From Candidatus Calditenuis sp. (GTDB lineage Archaea > Thermoproteota > Nitrososphaeria_A > Caldarchaeales > Calditenuaceae), in NCBI GenBank assembly GCA_032249575.1, contig JAVVHL010000001.1, forward strand, positions 1 to 46,030: 46,030 bases of DNA, read 5' to 3'. A program made the translations under genes and the position numbers. Shown in pieces: positions 43,020 through 46,030 of the stretch. The notes below the pieces were generated by a model. It did not search any database and had not been told where the DNA came from. It saw nothing but the letters and a program-made list of their open reading frames with translations. How positions within the stretch are numbered: the stretch's first letter is position 1; each line of letters begins with the position of its first letter.

Positions 43020-44066
43020 TCATCCCCTCTCATAAGCGAAGGGCCAGAGCCTGAAGTACTCCTTCACCTTCCTCAGCCCCTCTGTGACACCCTTCGGTTC
43101 CACTATTAGCAGCGTTATTATGATCGTAGACAGTATTATCAACTTCAGGGGCGCGAGGTAAACTCCGTATGCAGGAGAGATCTGCGGCAGGAAGAGCTTC
43201 AACGATTCTATTACAGGAATTATGATCATGGATCCGACCCAAGGACCCCAGACCCTTCCGAGGCCTCCGAAGATCAGGATGGCGTAGTGGTCGAGCGTCG
43301 TGTCGAGCGTGAACTGCTCAGGGTTGATCTGAGCTATCCAGATGGCCCAGACGGTCCCTGCGAGGCCGACGAAGAAGCTCCCGATGCCGAAAGCTGCTAG
43401 CTTCGCCTTCGGCACGTCTATACCGAGGACTTGGGCCGCAACGTCGTTGTCCCTGACGGCCTTCATCGCCCTCCCGAGGGAAGTCCTCGAGATGTTGGCA
43501 ACGGCGAGTGTGGTGAGCGCTGCTACGACCAATGCCACATAGTACGTCGCGACGTGATGGACCTCTATCGGGAAGAGGCGGCCGATGTAGATCCCGTGGG
43601 ATCCTCCGAAGACGTGAGCGTAGGTCGGCGTCGATATCATGAACTCGACGAAGAACTGGAGGGCGAGCGTGCTGATCGCGACGTAGAAGAGCTTGATCTT
43701 GATGGCCGGAGAACCGAAGGCGACGCCTACGAGCCCTGCCACCAGCGCTCCGAGGACCATCGCCAGAGGCCAGGGCAAGTTGAGGTCCCTCATCAGGATA
43801 GCGAAGGTGTAGGCTCCTATCGCCATCAGCCCGCCCTGAGCCAAGCTTATCTGACCCGTGTAGCCCAGGATGAGGTTGAGGCCTTGGACCGCGGTAGCGG
43901 CGATCATCACCTGAACGGCTATGCCCACTAGGTAGGGGTCTGAACGGACGAGGAACGGGAAGAATACGATTAGGGGCAACGACGCTGCCAGGCCGGCCCA
44001 GTGGATCCTCCACCGGAGGAGACCCATCAGCTGCCTGTATGAGGTCTTGAACTCACCGCACGGCAA
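43020..44066 (-). CDS. livM: Branched-chain amino acid-type ABC transporter permease (LivM family)
   Basis: Polytopic protein with LivM-like blocks (LILGYTGQISLAQGGLMAIGAY, ISRTSLGRAMKAVRDNDVAA). Confidence 0.85.
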   Translation of the reverse strand: MPCGEFKTSYRQLMGLLRWRIHWAGLAASLPLIVFFPFLVRSDPYLVGIAVQVMIAATAVQGLNLILGYTGQISLAQGGLMAIGAYTFAILMRDLNLPWPLAMVLGALVAGLVGVAFGSPAIKIKLFYVAISTLALQFFVEFMISTPTYAHVFGGSHGIYIGRLFPIEVHHVATYYVALVVAALTTLAVANISRTSLGRAMKAVRDNDVAAQVLGIDVPKAKLAAFGIGSFFVGLAGTVWAIWIAQINPEQFTLDTTLDHYAILIFGGLGRVWGPWVGSMIIIPVIESLKLFLPQISPAYGVYLAPLKLIILSTIIITLLIVEPKGVTEGLRKVKEYFRLWPFAYERG

Positions 44067-44069
44067 GGC

Positions 44070-44966
44070 TCACACCCTCTCTATCCTCTCGGTACCCCAG
44101 AGGCCGTAGGGCTTGACCAGCATCACGAAGAGCATGACCAGCAGCGGGAAGACCCGGCCGAACCCGGCCGCCACCAGCTCCTCCATGTAGTACACCCCGT
44201 AGACCTCCAGAAGGCCCACTATCACGCCTCCTACCACAGCGCCCGGGATGCTGTCAAGTCCTCCTAGGATCACGGCCGGAAGGGCTATCACGCCTGTGTA
44301 CTCGAGGACGAGGCTCGCTCCTCCGTAGTTGGAGGCGAGTAGGACTCCTCCGACGATTGAGGTCAGGACTCCGAGCGCCCAGGCTACGGTCGTCGACCTC
44401 TTGACGGATATGCCCATCGCGGTCGCAGCCATGTGGTCCTCCGAGACGGCCCTCAGCGCGGCTCCTAACACGGTCTTCCTGAAGAAGAGCGCCAGCCCTC
44501 CCATGTAAGCCAGCGCGACCGCAGCGCCTGTGAGGTACTCGTAGACCAGGGAGACCTCACCTATCCTCAGCGCTCCTGCCCCGAAGAGCTTCGGGAAGGG
44601 CACGAAGTTCGGGCCCCATACGAGCATGACAATGCCCCTGAAGAAGGCTGCGAGCGAGAGGGTCACTATGATCACCGATAGTATCGGCTCGCCGATGAAC
44701 TGCCTCAGGACCACCCTTTCGAGGGCTACCGCCAACATCACGCCCACCGCCAGCGAGAAAAGCAGTGAGGCCCAAGAGGGGAGACCGAGGTTGTCGATCC
44801 CGAGGAGGGTGAGGTATGCGCCTAGGGTCGCGAGCATCCCTTGGCTGAAGTTCACGACCTTCGTCGTCTTGAAGATGATCGCTATGCCCATCGCGATCAG
44901 CGAGTAGACGAGGCCCAGCAGGATACCGGTTGTGATGAGGTTCAGGTGAAGCGTCAGGTCGATCAT
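44070..44966 (-). CDS. livH: Branched-chain amino acid-type ABC transporter permease (LivH family)
   Basis: LGLVYSLIAMGIAIIFKTTKVVNFSQG and LRAVSEDHMAATAMGI are LivH-like. The start overlaps the upstream stop by 1 nt (TGATG). Confidence 0.88.
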   Translation of the reverse strand: MIDLTLHLNLITTGILLGLVYSLIAMGIAIIFKTTKVVNFSQGMLATLGAYLTLLGIDNLGLPSWASLLFSLAVGVMLAVALERVVLRQFIGEPILSVIIVTLSLAAFFRGIVMLVWGPNFVPFPKLFGAGALRIGEVSLVYEYLTGAAVALAYMGGLALFFRKTVLGAALRAVSEDHMAATAMGISVKRSTTVAWALGVLTSIVGGVLLASNYGGASLVLEYTGVIALPAVILGGLDSIPGAVVGGVIVGLLEVYGVYYMEELVAAGFGRVFPLLVMLFVMLVKPYGLWGTERIERV

Positions 44967-46030
44967 CAGACGTCCACCACCCTCAGAACCAGGTTCACGA
45001 CGGCGGTCCTGCCGTCCTTGTACCTGACCGTGTAGGAGACCGGTCCACGGTCGGCGCCCGAGTAGATGGCCTCTATCAGATCGTTGTACCTGACGTTGAT
45101 CACCTTACGCCTCAGCTTCCGCGTCCTCGTGAGCTCGTCGTCGTCCGGGTCGAACTCCTTCGTCAACAGCACGAACCTCCTTATCCTCATGTGCTCAGGC
45201 AGGTCCTCGTTCACCTTTCTAACGCCCTCCCTGATCAGCTCCATCACCTCAGGCCTTTGGGACAAGTCCGAGTATCCGGTGAAGGGGATGCCCCTCTTCT
45301 CTGCCCACTCGCTCACCGTCTCGTACCTTATGGCTATCAAGGCTGCTAGCCAGTCCCGGCCCTCTCCAATAACGCACGCCTCCTTGATGTACGGGTTGTA
45401 CTTCAGCTTCGTCTCGATGAATATGGGTGGCACCCTGCGGCCGTCCCGCATGGTGATGACGTCCTCGATCCTGTCGTAGTAGACCAGGTTTCCGTCCTCA
45501 TCGATGTAGCCGAAGTCCTCGGTGTGGAACCAACCTTCGTCGTCGATCACCTGCGCCGTCTTGACAGGCTCGTTGTAGTACCCGACCATCACCATAGGTC
45601 CCCTGCAGACGATCTCGCCCTCCTCGGTGATGCCGATCTCCATGCCTGCTATCGGTCGGCCGACCGTGTGGTACTTCTTCTTTTTGACGACGTCCTCCTC
45701 CCTGTGGAGGCAGACGATCGAGACCGTCTCCGTCATCCCCCATACCTGCTTCAGGGGCAACCCGAGGGCCCTGAAGTACCGGAAGTGCTCGGCGCTTATC
45801 GGCGCTCCTCCTGTGTAGGCTTTGATGACCCTCTTCAGCCCGAGCTTGTCCAGTATCGACCTGTATACTATCCAGTATAGGACGCGGTAGAGGAAGTTCA
45901 GGAATGCGTCGTCCGGCCTCTCGAGCCTCCTGAATGCCACCTCCATCGCCTTCCTGTAGAACCACCTCTTCAGGGCGGTGGTGTCCTCGATCGCGCTCTC
46001 CACCTCGGCGTGCCAGGCCTCGTACCACCT
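44966..46030 (-). CDS. Long-chain acyl-CoA synthetase (AMP-forming), C-terminal part; gene continues beyond the window
   Basis: The frame is open to the window end (RWYEAWHAEVESAIE...). WGMTET, WFHTEDFGYIDEDGNLVYYDRIEDVI, and a C-terminal extension typical of ligases encoded in Liv-type transporter clusters. Confidence 0.8.
   Translation of the reverse strand, partial: RWYEAWHAEVESAIEDTTALKRWFYRKAMEVAFRRLERPDDAFLNFLYRVLYWIVYRSILDKLGLKRVIKAYTGGAPISAEHFRYFRALGLPLKQVWGMTETVSIVCLHREEDVVKKKKYHTVGRPIAGMEIGITEEGEIVCRGPMVMVGYYNEPVKTAQVIDDEGWFHTEDFGYIDEDGNLVYYDRIEDVITMRDGRRVPPIFIETKLKYNPYIKEACVIGEGRDWLAALIAIRYETVSEWAEKRGIPFTGYSDLSQRPEVMELIREGVRKVNEDLPEHMRIRRFVLLTKEFDPDDDELTRTRKLRRKVINVRYNDLIEAIYSGADRGPVSYTVRYKDGRTAVVNLVLRVVDV

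Noticed and set aside
43318-44013. 231-aa minus-strand alternative-frame ORF inside livM, and the similar 45498-46028 ORF inside the ligase gene
   Set aside because: Same-strand out-of-frame ORFs with Arg/Gly/Pro-rich composition. The LivM and ligase frames carry the family motifs.
1-46030. Scanned the window for CRISPR arrays, IS elements, integrases, prophage genes and rRNA/tRNA genes
   Set aside because: I saw no regularly spaced direct repeats and no transposase or integrase motifs. Apart from the ambiguous 28092-28381 promoter region (about 290 nt), no spacer exceeds about 150 nt, and none carries recognisable structured-RNA consensus elements.

Overview
GC-rich, tightly packed archaeal chromosomal segment. 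It looks TACK/Thermoproteota-like: CdvB (ESCRT-III) plus Vps4/CdvC, two Hjc-type Holliday junction resolvases, a HerA-NurA pair, and AT-rich TATA-like boxes about 25 nt upstream of many start codons, suggesting leaderless or near-leaderless mRNAs. I call about 52 protein-coding genes. I could not support any rRNA, tRNA, CRISPR array, transposase or integrase. Content falls into five groups. (1) Nucleic-acid maintenance: Hjc x2, endonuclease III, Ogg-type glycosylase, NurA-HerA, NSUN m5C methyltransferase plus Nip7-like PUA protein, Nudix, SfsA, a PIN-ATPase-KH protein, QueD/QueC. (2) A large acyl-CoA metabolism set: acetoacetyl-CoA synthetase, two thiolase-fold proteins plus two DUF35 proteins, acyl-CoA dehydrogenase, 2-oxoacid dehydrogenase E1 alpha/beta, SDR, two further AMP-forming ligases flanking LivH/LivM permeases. 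(3) Aerobic markers: heme O synthase and a PCu(A)C copper chaperone. (4) Cell division: CdvB/CdvC. (5) Envelope: two membrane-anchored surface proteins and a GT4 glycosyltransferase. Items most worth follow-up: a translationally coupled four-gene operon of two thiolase-fold proteins that appear to lack the catalytic Cys/His, plus two DUF35 zinc-ribbon/OB proteins; a stand-alone NurA-HerA pair without Mre11/Rad50, next to a convergent, 3'-overlapping pair of paralogous small wHTH proteins; a possible 1-nt frameshift at a C5/G5 homopolymer at the 5' end of the E1 alpha gene; a lower-GC HEPN/MNT toxin-antitoxin cassette; a PiT-like permease with degenerate signature motifs; and an isolated uS11 gene. 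All family assignments come from motif recognition by eye; no database search was possible.
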